From Lentisphaerota bacterium (GTDB lineage Bacteria > Verrucomicrobiota > Lentisphaeria > Victivallales > Victivallaceae), in the NCBI GenBank assembly GCA_015061625.1, contig SUWG01000008.1:11298-75297 (forward strand): a stretch of 64,000 nucleotides of DNA, in the 5' to 3' direction. Below the pieces are notes generated by a model, which was given only the letters and a program-made list of their open reading frames with translations, was not told the DNA's origin and searched no databases. The position numbers and the translations under genes are program-made. Shown piece after piece: positions 7,086-15,700 of this stretch; position 1 is the stretch's first letter, and each line of letters begins with the position of its first letter.

Positions 7086-9181
7086 ATAAAGCGATCCTGA
7101 TAGTCATTTGCGACTTTCTGGTTTCCGCCATGCTGACGATGATGACCGGTATGGTGCCGGGCCACTCCGGGGGAACCGGGGTCGGTCTGGATGAAAGTAC
7201 CACCAGAGTTTTGTTGGAAGAATTGACCCGGCACCAGATGGAACTGGAAGTGCTGCGTTTGAGATTGCGCCGGGCATTTGAAAGAGCCGGGGTGGATGCC
7301 CTGACTCCGGAGCAGGAAGCGGAATTGCGCCGCATCGCCGAGGAGTTGGCCGCCAATCTCGCCCGGCAGGAGCAGTTGAGTGCCAGACTGGGCGTTACCA
7401 TGCCGGAAGATCAGACCGAGGCGGTCGAGTTGCGTATGCGGTTGGAAGAAGCCGAAGAATTGCGCCGGGATCTGGAAGCCCGTCTGCAGGCCGCCAATGA
7501 GGCATTGGCCGGTCAGCAGCAGGAGTTGGCAGATGTCACCGGCCGTTTGCGCGATCAGGAGCGGCAGAGTGCCGCCTTGAGCCGGGATATGAGCCGCACC
7601 CGTCAGGCTTTGGCGGATGCTTCCAGAGATTTGAGTGCCGCGCAACAGCAGTTGGTCACTGAAACCAGAGAACACGGCCGCACCAGAGAGCAGTTGGCCG
7701 CCAGCGAAGCCGACCGCCGCGCCGCCGAAGACCGGGCGGAAAGAGCCGAGGATCGGGCGGAGCGTTCCGAAGCCGACCGCCGTGCCGCAGATGAAAGGGC
7801 AAGAAGTGCCGAGCGCAGTGCCGCCGATGCCCGCAGTCAGGCCGCCGCCGCTGAAGAACGGGCGCGGGGGGCCGAGGACCGGGCGGAAAGGGCCGAAGAT
7901 CAGGCCGAGCGTTCCGAAGCCGGTCGCCGTTCTGCCGAGGAGAGGGCGGATGCCTCCGATGAGCGGGCGAGAAGTGCGGAAAGAAGTGCCGCCGATGCCC
8001 GCAGTCAGGCCGCCGCCGCTGAAGAACGGGTGCGCGGTGCTGAACGCCGTGCCGCTGATGCCCGCCGGGCGCAAAGTGAATCTGATGCCACAGTTGTCCG
8101 GTTGCGTGGTGAGCGTGATGCGGCAAGATTGTCACAGGCCAGAGCCGAGGGCGGCAGAGAGGCCAGCGAAGTAAGTGCCGCTGAATTGCGTGACCAGCTC
8201 AACCGTCTGCAACGGGAATTGCTGGTCGAAAGACTTAAACGGCAGGATGCTGAAACCCAGCGGGCGATGATGCAGGAGGCCGTTCAGGCGGCGGTGCGTG
8301 AAGCATCGGAAGCCCGTCAGGCCGAGGCCGCCAAAGCGGAAGAAGCCGCCCGTTTGCAGGGCGCATTGGATGCTGGCGGCACCGGGGGCAATGCACCGGC
8401 GGCCGCTCCGTCGGAAAACCGGGTGTTTGAGCGTTACGCCGGGGCTTTGATCCGGGTTTACAGTTGTGTGGCCGAGAAAAAGTTGATCGGCGAAAGAACC
8501 GGTGAAACGGTAAGTTTCTATCCGGTAGTGGATTTCGGCAACGGCAGGATTTTGATCGTCGGAGCCTTGAACCGCTTTGCCGGTGACTGGGATACCGCTT
8601 TGAGATTTGAGGATGTCACCAAAGTCCAGATGACCTATTCCCTGCCGTTTGGTGACGGCAGTTCATCTCCGACGCTGATCGGGGGCAGGATGCTGGTCAG
8701 CGGTCAGATGCTCCATCTGGCAGGTTTTGAATACAGTGAAGGATTGGTTCAACCGTTGCGGGTGCTGGATGCCGCCGCATTGCAGCAGCGTGGTGTGGAA
8801 GATCTCTTTCTTTTCAAATGCGGCAGTTTTGATGCCAATACCCGTCTGACCGGCCGGGTGTCATTGATCATGGATGAGAATAATCCGGCACTTTTCATCC
8901 GCAACATCGGCCGGGCCGGAATGTCGCTGGATCAGGGGGATATCATCATGTCCATTCAGGGCGAATTTGTAGGAATCGTTTCAGGCCGGGTGAAAAAGGA
9001 TGGTGTTGACGGGGTGATCGTGCCGCTGATCAAAGATGTCGCCCAACTCTGGGAAGAAGCGGTGGCGATCCCGCTGGCGAAAAATCCGCAGGAGCAGTTC
9101 TACTCCGGATTCGGCAGTGGAATGCGTGATCTGCGCACCCGTATCCCCGGCGGTTTTGAGCGCGATAACTATCGGCAATAA
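7082..9181 (+). CDS. Single-pass membrane protein: MotB/TolR-like Asp-containing TM helix, ~400-aa Ala/Arg/Glu coiled coil, C-terminal beta-rich (degenerate trypsin-like?) domain
   Basis: ATGA overlap with the previous gene. N-terminus 'MNKAILIVICDFLVSAMLTMM' has a lone Asp11 and resembles MotB 'YADFMTAMMAFF'. Residues ~60-450 are A/E/R/D/Q-rich. The tail 'GDIIMSIQGEFVGIVSG' resembles the S1 'GGPLvd.nGevvGi' strand without the Ser. Confidence 0.55.
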   Translation: MNKAILIVICDFLVSAMLTMMTGMVPGHSGGTGVGLDESTTRVLLEELTRHQMELEVLRLRLRRAFERAGVDALTPEQEAELRRIAEELAANLARQEQLSARLGVTMPEDQTEAVELRMRLEEAEELRRDLEARLQAANEALAGQQQELADVTGRLRDQERQSAALSRDMSRTRQALADASRDLSAAQQQLVTETREHGRTREQLAASEADRRAAEDRAERAEDRAERSEADRRAADERARSAERSAADARSQAAAAEERARGAEDRAERAEDQAERSEAGRRSAEERADASDERARSAERSAADARSQAAAAEERVRGAERRAADARRAQSESDATVVRLRGERDAARLSQARAEGGREASEVSAAELRDQLNRLQRELLVERLKRQDAETQRAMMQEAVQAAVREASEARQAEAAKAEEAARLQGALDAGGTGGNAPAAAPSENRVFERYAGALIRVYSCVAEKKLIGERTGETVSFYPVVDFGNGRILIVGALNRFAGDWDTALRFEDVTKVQMTYSLPFGDGSSSPTLIGGRMLVSGQMLHLAGFEYSEGLVQPLRVLDAAALQQRGVEDLFLFKCGSFDANTRLTGRVSLIMDENNPALFIRNIGRAGMSLDQGDIIMSIQGEFVGIVSGRVKKDGVDGVIVPLIKDVAQLWEEAVAIPLAKNPQEQFYSGFGSGMRDLRTRIPGGFERDNYRQ
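7724..8038. repeat. In-frame imperfect tandem duplication (147-nt and 168-nt units) inside the coiled-coil gene
   Basis: The units start at 7724 and 7871 (AEDRAERAED...). A 46-nt identical core, agtgccgccgatgcccgcagtcaggccgccgccgctgaagaacggg, occurs at 7817 and 7985. Confidence 0.85.
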
Positions 9182-9208
9182 AAATCTGATGCCGGCAGGC
9201 ATGAGCAA

Positions 9209-11326
9209 ATGGTGAATATGGAACAATGGGATAAAAACAGTGATCCGGGCGCAACGATCCCGGCGGCTTCCACCGGAGACGGAAATGTTTCCGACTTTGG
9301 CAAACTGCGGGAGGAGTTTCATATTTTCCCCGGTGAAGACGGTTCCAAATATGAGGAACTCAAATTGCTCGGCATGGGCGGTATGGGGGTGGTTTTCAGC
9401 GCAAAAGATCCCACGCTGGAGCGTCATGTGGCGGTGAAAATATTGCGTGAACCATTCCGTCATGACCGGGAACAGATCGCCAAATTTGTCAATGAAGCGC
9501 GCATCACCGCCCGGATCGACCACCCCAATATCGTGGCGGTGCATCAGTTGGGGGTCAATGAACATCACGGCATCTATTTTTCCATGCGGCGCATCAGCGG
9601 CGAAACTTTGCAGAATGCCATCCGCCGTCTGCGTGAAGGCGATACCGGTGCGCAACAGCAATACACCACCCGGCGTCTGCTGGATATCTTCATCGCCGGA
9701 TGCAACGGTGTCGCCGCCGCCCATGAGAAAAAAATTCTGCATTGCGATTTGAAACCGGCCAATATCATGGTCGGGGCATTCGGTGAAGTGCTGGTGCTGG
9801 ATTGGGGATTGGCCAAAGAATTCGATGCTCCGGCGAGTGTCAGACGCAACAATATTTCCGGTACTCCGGCATATATGGCTCCCGAATTGGTCTGCGGCAG
9901 TGTTGACCGCCCGGATGAATTGACCGAAGTTTATGCCATGGGTACGATCCTCTATTCGATTTTGACGTGGCGGGTCGCCCCATTTGATATGTCACTGGAA
10001 AAAGAGGTATTGCTGGAAAAGGTCGCCAGCGGCAAATATCTGCCGTTGCGTGCGCCCAAAGGCGGGCATTTGCCCCGGGAATTGGCTGCCATCTGCCGCA
10101 AAGCCATGTCATCTGATCGCAGTGAACGTTACGCTACGATCACAGAATTGCTCTCTGATCTGCATAATTTCCGGGACGGCCGTCCGGTGAAAGCATATTC
10201 CCCCAATGCGGTCTACCGGTTTTTCAAGTTGTGCCGCCGCCATCCGGCGATTCCGATCGCCGTGATCGTTGCCGGTTTTACGTTGCTGGCTTACAGCATG
10301 ACTTTGCGCCTGATCGAGTACACCAATGACCGTTCATTTCTCAATGCTTCACAACTGACTTTACAGGTTGCCGATGATCACTTCCGCAGCAGTATGATGC
10401 AGTTTCAGCGCACCCCCCGGCCGGAGGAGTTGTCTCATCCGGTGCGTCTGGCGATCCGGGAACGCAACTTTCTGTTGCAGGCGCAGTTGGCGATGCGGGA
10501 ATATTTTTCCATTCTGGATTCGGCGGCGGGGTTGTCCGCTTCCGGCCGGAAGGAGTTTGCCGAACTCTATGCGGTTCATATATTCAAACGGATCTTCGCT
10601 TTGCAGCTTCAATCCGGCGACACGGATGAAGTTCATGAAGTGCTGGAAAGATGCCGCCGCTGGTCATTCTTTCAATATGCCTGTGAAAAAGATCATTCGC
10701 TGGCGGCGATGGTTCGCCATATCGAAAATGATACCGGGGTGATAACCATTCAACTCGGCGGCGGTGAGGCGGTCATGCGCGCCGGTTTGACGATGTCTGA
10801 CGGCAAGGAATATGAGCTGGAACTGTCAAACGGCAAGGTGTTGGAATTAGCCGCCGGAGATTATTATTTGCGTCTGGAAAACGGTATGCAGGCCTTTTTC
10901 CGGATCGTACCCGGCGGCAATGAAACGTTGTTTCTGCCGGTGTTGCCGGATGAACCGTCGGCGGTGGTGATACCGGCCGATCACTTTTTCATCGAATTGC
11001 CGACCTCCGGAGTGATCCGTTGCAATCTGGAACCATTCATGATCAAGCCGTATAATGCTCCGGCATATTTCACACTTGAAGAGGCGCAGGCGTTTCTGGA
11101 ATTACTAAATTGCGGCAGTGACTCGTGGCGTTTGCCCAATGCCGCTGAATTGCAGAAAGCGTGGCGGCCGGGGAGGGATGACAAGGTCAGTCTCTACGGA
11201 CTTCCGGCGGTTTCCGGCCCGGTGATTTTGTATAATGGTGAATTTTACGATCCGCATACCGGCAAGATCGAACATGATGTGCCGGGAGATCGCGGGTTGT
11301 TGTATCTGGTGAAGAATATAGATTGA
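9209..11326 (+). CDS. Hanks-type Ser/Thr protein kinase, membrane-spanning, with C-terminal FGE/SUMF1-like fragment
   Basis: 'GMGGMGVVF', 'VAVKIL', 'HCDLKPANIMV', 'DWGLAK', 'GTPAYMAPE'. TM helix 'AIPIAVIVAGFTLLAYSMTL'. C-terminal 'YFTLEEAQAFLELLN...WRLPNAAELQKAW'. Confidence 0.85.
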   Translation: MVNMEQWDKNSDPGATIPAASTGDGNVSDFGKLREEFHIFPGEDGSKYEELKLLGMGGMGVVFSAKDPTLERHVAVKILREPFRHDREQIAKFVNEARITARIDHPNIVAVHQLGVNEHHGIYFSMRRISGETLQNAIRRLREGDTGAQQQYTTRRLLDIFIAGCNGVAAAHEKKILHCDLKPANIMVGAFGEVLVLDWGLAKEFDAPASVRRNNISGTPAYMAPELVCGSVDRPDELTEVYAMGTILYSILTWRVAPFDMSLEKEVLLEKVASGKYLPLRAPKGGHLPRELAAICRKAMSSDRSERYATITELLSDLHNFRDGRPVKAYSPNAVYRFFKLCRRHPAIPIAVIVAGFTLLAYSMTLRLIEYTNDRSFLNASQLTLQVADDHFRSSMMQFQRTPRPEELSHPVRLAIRERNFLLQAQLAMREYFSILDSAAGLSASGRKEFAELYAVHIFKRIFALQLQSGDTDEVHEVLERCRRWSFFQYACEKDHSLAAMVRHIENDTGVITIQLGGGEAVMRAGLTMSDGKEYELELSNGKVLELAAGDYYLRLENGMQAFFRIVPGGNETLFLPVLPDEPSAVVIPADHFFIELPTSGVIRCNLEPFMIKPYNAPAYFTLEEAQAFLELLNCGSDSWRLPNAAELQKAWRPGRDDKVSLYGLPAVSGPVILYNGEFYDPHTGKIEHDVPGDRGLLYLVKNID

Positions 11327-11338
11327 CAGTAGTTGGCT

Positions 11339-13294
11339 ATGATCGATTTTAAAAATATTTCCAAGAGTTATTCCGGTGAATATATTCTCAAAGATGTGAA
11401 TTGCCGGATCAATACCGGCGAAAGAGTCGGTGTCGTCGGCCCCAATGGCGCGGGCAAAAGTACCCTTTTCGGCATGGTCACCGGTGAAGTCGTGCCGGAT
11501 TCCGGTTCGATAGTCATTCCCCGTGACAGCCGTCTGGGGATCATGCGTCAGCACATTGCCGAGGCGGATCTTGACCGCTCTCTGCTGGAATTCACCGCCG
11601 ATGCGATCCCCGAATTGAAAAGTTATTCCGCTGAATTGGAGGAACTGGAAAACCGCATGGCTCTCTGTGAAGATGATGATCTTTTGGAATCCATGCTCAA
11701 ACGGCACGGATTTTTACAGAGTTCCATCGAGCATCTCGGCGCATATCATCTGGATGTCGAAGCCAAGCAGGCATTGACCAGCCTCGGTTTTCCGGTAGCG
11801 AAACTGGATGCCAGACTGGGGGAATTTTCCGGCGGCTGGCAGATGCGTGCCGCATTGGCAAGGGTGCTGATCTCCCGGCCGGATATTCTGTTGCTGGATG
11901 AACCGTCGAACTATCTGGATATTCCGGCAGTGGAGTGGCTCTGCCGTTTTCTGGCCAATTTTCAGGGAACTTTGCTGTTGATCTCCCACGACCGTTTTCT
12001 GTTGCGTAAACTGGCATCGATCACTTTGGAAGTCAACCGCGGTACCGTGACCCGTTATGCCGGTAATTACGATTTTTACAACCGGGAAAGAGAGCAGCGG
12101 CGCATTGCGCTGGAAGCCGCCAAACGCAATGCCGACCACAAAAAAGAACAACTTGAACGCATGATCGACCGTTTCCGCGCCAAAAGCACCAAGGCGGCCG
12201 CCGCCAAAAGTGCGCAGAAAAAGCTTGACCGGATCGAGGATGTCAAACTGGCTGATTCGCTGGATTACCACGGCGTTATCCGCTTCCCGGAACCGCCCCC
12301 CGCCGGAGCCGAGGCGGCAAGATTGGAAAATCTTTCTTTCGGCTATCAACCGGAAAATTTGTTGTTCAAAGATGTGAATCTGGATATCGCCGCCGGAGAA
12401 AAACTGGCGATCATCGGTTATAACGGTATGGGTAAGACAACGTTGCTCAAATTGATCGCCGGAGTGTTGAAGCCGGTTTCCGGCCGGGTCGTGCCGGGAC
12501 ATCACATCGTCATCGGTTATCAGGCGCAGGAATTTGCCGAGTTGGTCAATGATGAATTATCCGTTTATGATGCGGTCAGAGCCGCCTTGCCGCCGGATGC
12601 ATCGACTGCCAATGTCGCCAATGTGGCTGGTGCATTCGGCTTTTCCGGCGATGCGATGAAAAAGCCCTGCGGAGTGCTTTCCGGCGGAGAGAAGATCCGG
12701 CTGCAAATGGCGAGGATCTTTGTGAATCCGCCCAACTTTCTGATTCTGGATGAGCCGACCACCCACCTTGATCTGGCGGCAAGAGAGTTGCTTCAGGAAG
12801 CGTTGCGCCGCTATTCCGGCACGGTGGCAATGGTCAGTCACGATATTGAATTTGTCCGTAATGTGGCGCAGACCGTCTGGGAAGTAAGTCCCGGCAAAGT
12901 GACCAAGTATTTCGGCAATTACGACTATTATCTGGAAAAATCTGCCGCCTCCGGAGATGCACCGGTATCGCAAAGTATTTCACCTTTGAGCGATTCACTT
13001 ACCGCTAAAGACCGCCGCCGGGCCAGGGCGCAAGCAAGGAATGCCATTGCCGGGGAGTTGAATAAGGCGAAAAAAGAGGTGGAAAAACTGGAAGCACTGC
13101 TGGATGAGCAGAGCAGTCGCAAAGCGGTGCTGGTGGCCAAATTGTCATCCGGGGAAAAGGTCGATTTTGCCGGATTGAATACCGAGTTGGCGGCGTTGGA
13201 TAAAGCGATCGCTGAAACCGAAGCCCGCTGGGAAGAGCGCGCCGGAGAGTTGGAAGCACTCCGGCTGGAAAATGACCGTATCAATGCCCAGTAA
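11339..13294 (+). CDS. ABC-F family ATPase (two ABC cassettes, no membrane domain, C-terminal coiled coil)
   Basis: Walker A 'GPNGAGKST' and 'GYNGMGKTT'. Signatures 'FSGGWQMR' and 'LSGGEKIR'. Walker B 'LLLDEPSNYLD' and 'LILDEPTTHLD'. Track start 11333 is TTG, and the ATG is at 11339. Confidence 0.9.
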   Translation: MIDFKNISKSYSGEYILKDVNCRINTGERVGVVGPNGAGKSTLFGMVTGEVVPDSGSIVIPRDSRLGIMRQHIAEADLDRSLLEFTADAIPELKSYSAELEELENRMALCEDDDLLESMLKRHGFLQSSIEHLGAYHLDVEAKQALTSLGFPVAKLDARLGEFSGGWQMRAALARVLISRPDILLLDEPSNYLDIPAVEWLCRFLANFQGTLLLISHDRFLLRKLASITLEVNRGTVTRYAGNYDFYNREREQRRIALEAAKRNADHKKEQLERMIDRFRAKSTKAAAAKSAQKKLDRIEDVKLADSLDYHGVIRFPEPPPAGAEAARLENLSFGYQPENLLFKDVNLDIAAGEKLAIIGYNGMGKTTLLKLIAGVLKPVSGRVVPGHHIVIGYQAQEFAELVNDELSVYDAVRAALPPDASTANVANVAGAFGFSGDAMKKPCGVLSGGEKIRLQMARIFVNPPNFLILDEPTTHLDLAARELLQEALRRYSGTVAMVSHDIEFVRNVAQTVWEVSPGKVTKYFGNYDYYLEKSAASGDAPVSQSISPLSDSLTAKDRRRARAQARNAIAGELNKAKKEVEKLEALLDEQSSRKAVLVAKLSSGEKVDFAGLNTELAALDKAIAETEARWEERAGELEALRLENDRINAQ

Positions 13295-13378
13295 ACTGAA
13301 TTGACTTTGGCGGCAATGAAAATTTGTCGCTAACGTTTATCCTTTCACCGGAATATCTCTGTTATTTTCACTCAACAC

Positions 13379-13422
13379 AAAAAAAGAACCGTTGCTTACC
13401 TTTGGGGTTGGTCATGCAACGG
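13379..13422 (-). terminator. Possible intrinsic terminator downstream of the protease gene
   Basis: On the minus strand, CCGTTGC...GCAACGG (13416-13422 / 13389-13395) is followed by a T7 run. The loop is large. Confidence 0.4.
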
Positions 13423-13442
13423 CCCTTGAGGGGGTGAGAAAG

Positions 13443-15608
13443 TTATTTTCTTCTTTTCTGCTGCGGTTGGGATGCCGGGCGGTCGATGGGCATTTTACCC
13501 AGATCGGCGGCGATATTCAGTGCTTCGAGCAACACCACATCGCCGGCCTGGCTTTCACCGCTTTCATCGGTGAGCAATCTTTCCGCTTCTCTGGCGATCT
13601 CTCTTTCCCGGCGGTAGATCTCGTAACGGGCCTCTTCATTGAGCGTGATGGTGCGGCGGTCACGGATGGTGCGGTAGAGGGCGATCTGCCGGATAAATGC
13701 CTGATAAGCGGCATTTTCCGCAATACGGGCGGCAGACTGCTCACGCAGTTGGGCGATCTTGCGGTCGAGGTTGCGGTCAAAGATATTCAATCTGACACCG
13801 GGGATTTGATCCCACGGCAGGTGGTTATCCAGATAGATCTCTCCGGCGCGCATCTCTTCGGTAAGCGACGGCAGAATGATATCCGGAATGATGCCCAACT
13901 GCTGCACCGAACTGCCCGCCGGACGGAAGAACATGGCGATCTCAAAGGTCAGCGCTCCGGCGGGCAACTGACTGCCGCTTCTGAACCAACTGCGGTAACG
14001 GTCGAGCGATTCGACCCGCAGAACTGTGCCTTTGCCGAATGTACGGCTGTCACCGACCACCACCGCACGTTTGGCATCCGCCAGCGCACCGGTGAAAATT
14101 TCCGTGGCGGAAGCGGACATCTTGCTGGTCAGCAGAACCAGCGGCCCATCGTAAGCGATTTCGCCGGAGGGGTCATTTTCCACTTCCATACCATCTTTGG
14201 TTCTGATCTGTACCACCGGGCCGCCATTGAGGAATAAGCCGGTCAGGGTGATCGCATCCGGCAGACTGCCGCCGCCGTTGCTCCGCAGGTCGATCAGGAT
14301 GCTTTGCACATCTTTGGTGCGGAATTCTTCGAGGATGCGCAACACATCGGTACTGGCTTTGCGGGCATTCTGATCGCCGCGCATGGCCGCTTCAAAATCC
14401 ATGTAGAATGAGGGCAGGGTAATGATGCCGACCCGCACTCCATTGACCTCTCTGATCTCTCCTTTTGCCGCTCCGGCCTGCAGATTGATCCGGTCACGCA
14501 CGATAGTGACTTTGATCGGGGTGGAAGCGTTGCCGGAAAGGATCTCCAGCGTGACCCTGGTGCCTTTTTCACCGCGGATATACTGCACGGCCTGACTTAC
14601 CGGCATATCGATCAGGTCGGTAACTTCGCCGTCTTCCTGGGTGACCGAGATGATCCGGTCGCCGACCTTGATTTTGCCGGATAATTCGGCGGGGCCGCCG
14701 GGAACCAATTCGACGATTTTGATGTAACCGTCTTCGCTGGTGAGCGTGGCACCGATACCGGTAAGCGACAGTGACATATGGATATCCATATCATCGCTGG
14801 ATTTCGGAGCCTGGTAGTTGGAGTGTGCGCCGTAGGATTGCGCCATGCAATCGAGCAGGATACCCAGAATATCGATCCTTTCCCGTTTGTCGATGCTGTT
14901 GCCGACATCACGCTGACGCTGTAAAATGCGGGCTTTGGGATCACGCACCGGAGTCGAGGAAGATTCTCCGGCAGAAGCATCCGGATTATTGGCCCGTTCT
15001 TCCTGTTCCAGTCTGGCACTCAAGCGCAGAGAGAGCAACTCATTTTTGACATGTTTGCGCCACAATTCTTTCATGGCCGCTTCATTTTCCGGCCGGGGCT
15101 GCTTGCTCAAATCGACGGCGATCTCCTCATCGACGGTGAAATCGATTTCGGAATCGAACATCTCCTGCGTGAATCTGCGGTATTGGGCGTAACGCTGACG
15201 GTAAAGGTCGTAAACCTCAAAAGCGAAATCATATTCGCCATTCTGCAGTTTGCTGCCGATGGTGTTGCGGTAACTGGAAAAACGCTGGATATCCTGAAGG
15301 GTGAAGAACATATGCAGCGGATCAAGTTCGTCGAAATAACGGTCGAAAATTCTGGCGGATAATTCCGGAGACATTCTGACTGCGGAGTAGTGGTGACTGT
15401 CGAGCATCCGGGCGGTCATGGCGGCGATATTGCGGAAATCGGCGGCGGAGTAGTCGGCTGAAGAACCGCGCTGCCGCCCGCCGGAAGAGCCTTTCTGGCC
15501 TTTATTGTTATCGGCCACATGACAGGCGGTGTGCTGTTCGGCGACGCAACTGGTATTCAGGGCGATAATTGCGGCGGCAAAGAGGATCTGCAAAATTTTT
15601 CCCGGCAT
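13443..15608 (-). CDS. prc: S41 carboxy-terminal processing (tail-specific) protease with PDZ domain
   Basis: 'GDRIISV' (PDZ), 'LIDLRSNGGGSL', 'TSKMSASATEIF' and 'GDSRTFGKGTV' are S41 Ser/Lys dyad motifs. N-terminal signal or lipoprotein-like 'IIALNTSC'. Confidence 0.85.
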   Translation of the reverse strand: MPGKILQILFAAAIIALNTSCVAEQHTACHVADNNKGQKGSSGGRQRGSSADYSAADFRNIAAMTARMLDSHHYSAVRMSPELSARIFDRYFDELDPLHMFFTLQDIQRFSSYRNTIGSKLQNGEYDFAFEVYDLYRQRYAQYRRFTQEMFDSEIDFTVDEEIAVDLSKQPRPENEAAMKELWRKHVKNELLSLRLSARLEQEERANNPDASAGESSSTPVRDPKARILQRQRDVGNSIDKRERIDILGILLDCMAQSYGAHSNYQAPKSSDDMDIHMSLSLTGIGATLTSEDGYIKIVELVPGGPAELSGKIKVGDRIISVTQEDGEVTDLIDMPVSQAVQYIRGEKGTRVTLEILSGNASTPIKVTIVRDRINLQAGAAKGEIREVNGVRVGIITLPSFYMDFEAAMRGDQNARKASTDVLRILEEFRTKDVQSILIDLRSNGGGSLPDAITLTGLFLNGGPVVQIRTKDGMEVENDPSGEIAYDGPLVLLTSKMSASATEIFTGALADAKRAVVVGDSRTFGKGTVLRVESLDRYRSWFRSGSQLPAGALTFEIAMFFRPAGSSVQQLGIIPDIILPSLTEEMRAGEIYLDNHLPWDQIPGVRLNIFDRNLDRKIAQLREQSAARIAENAAYQAFIRQIALYRTIRDRRTITLNEEARYEIYRREREIAREAERLLTDESGESQAGDVVLLEALNIAADLGKMPIDRPASQPQQKRRK

Positions 15609-15700
15609 TTTCTTATCCTTTCATCAGGTATCTTTAATACATATATAATATTTTAATATACACTCTCAAAAATGACAAGTCAAGTGTTTTTTTTCCGGAA

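Noticed and set aside
6914-8074. 386-aa minus-strand ORF (plus 6943..7401 and 7656..8135)
   Set aside because: It is antisense to the coiled-coil gene. Its Gly/Pro/Ser/Thr/Arg-rich low-complexity translation is the mirror of GCN/GAR/CGN-rich repeats. It has no start context, and the plus-strand gene has clear motifs and coupling.
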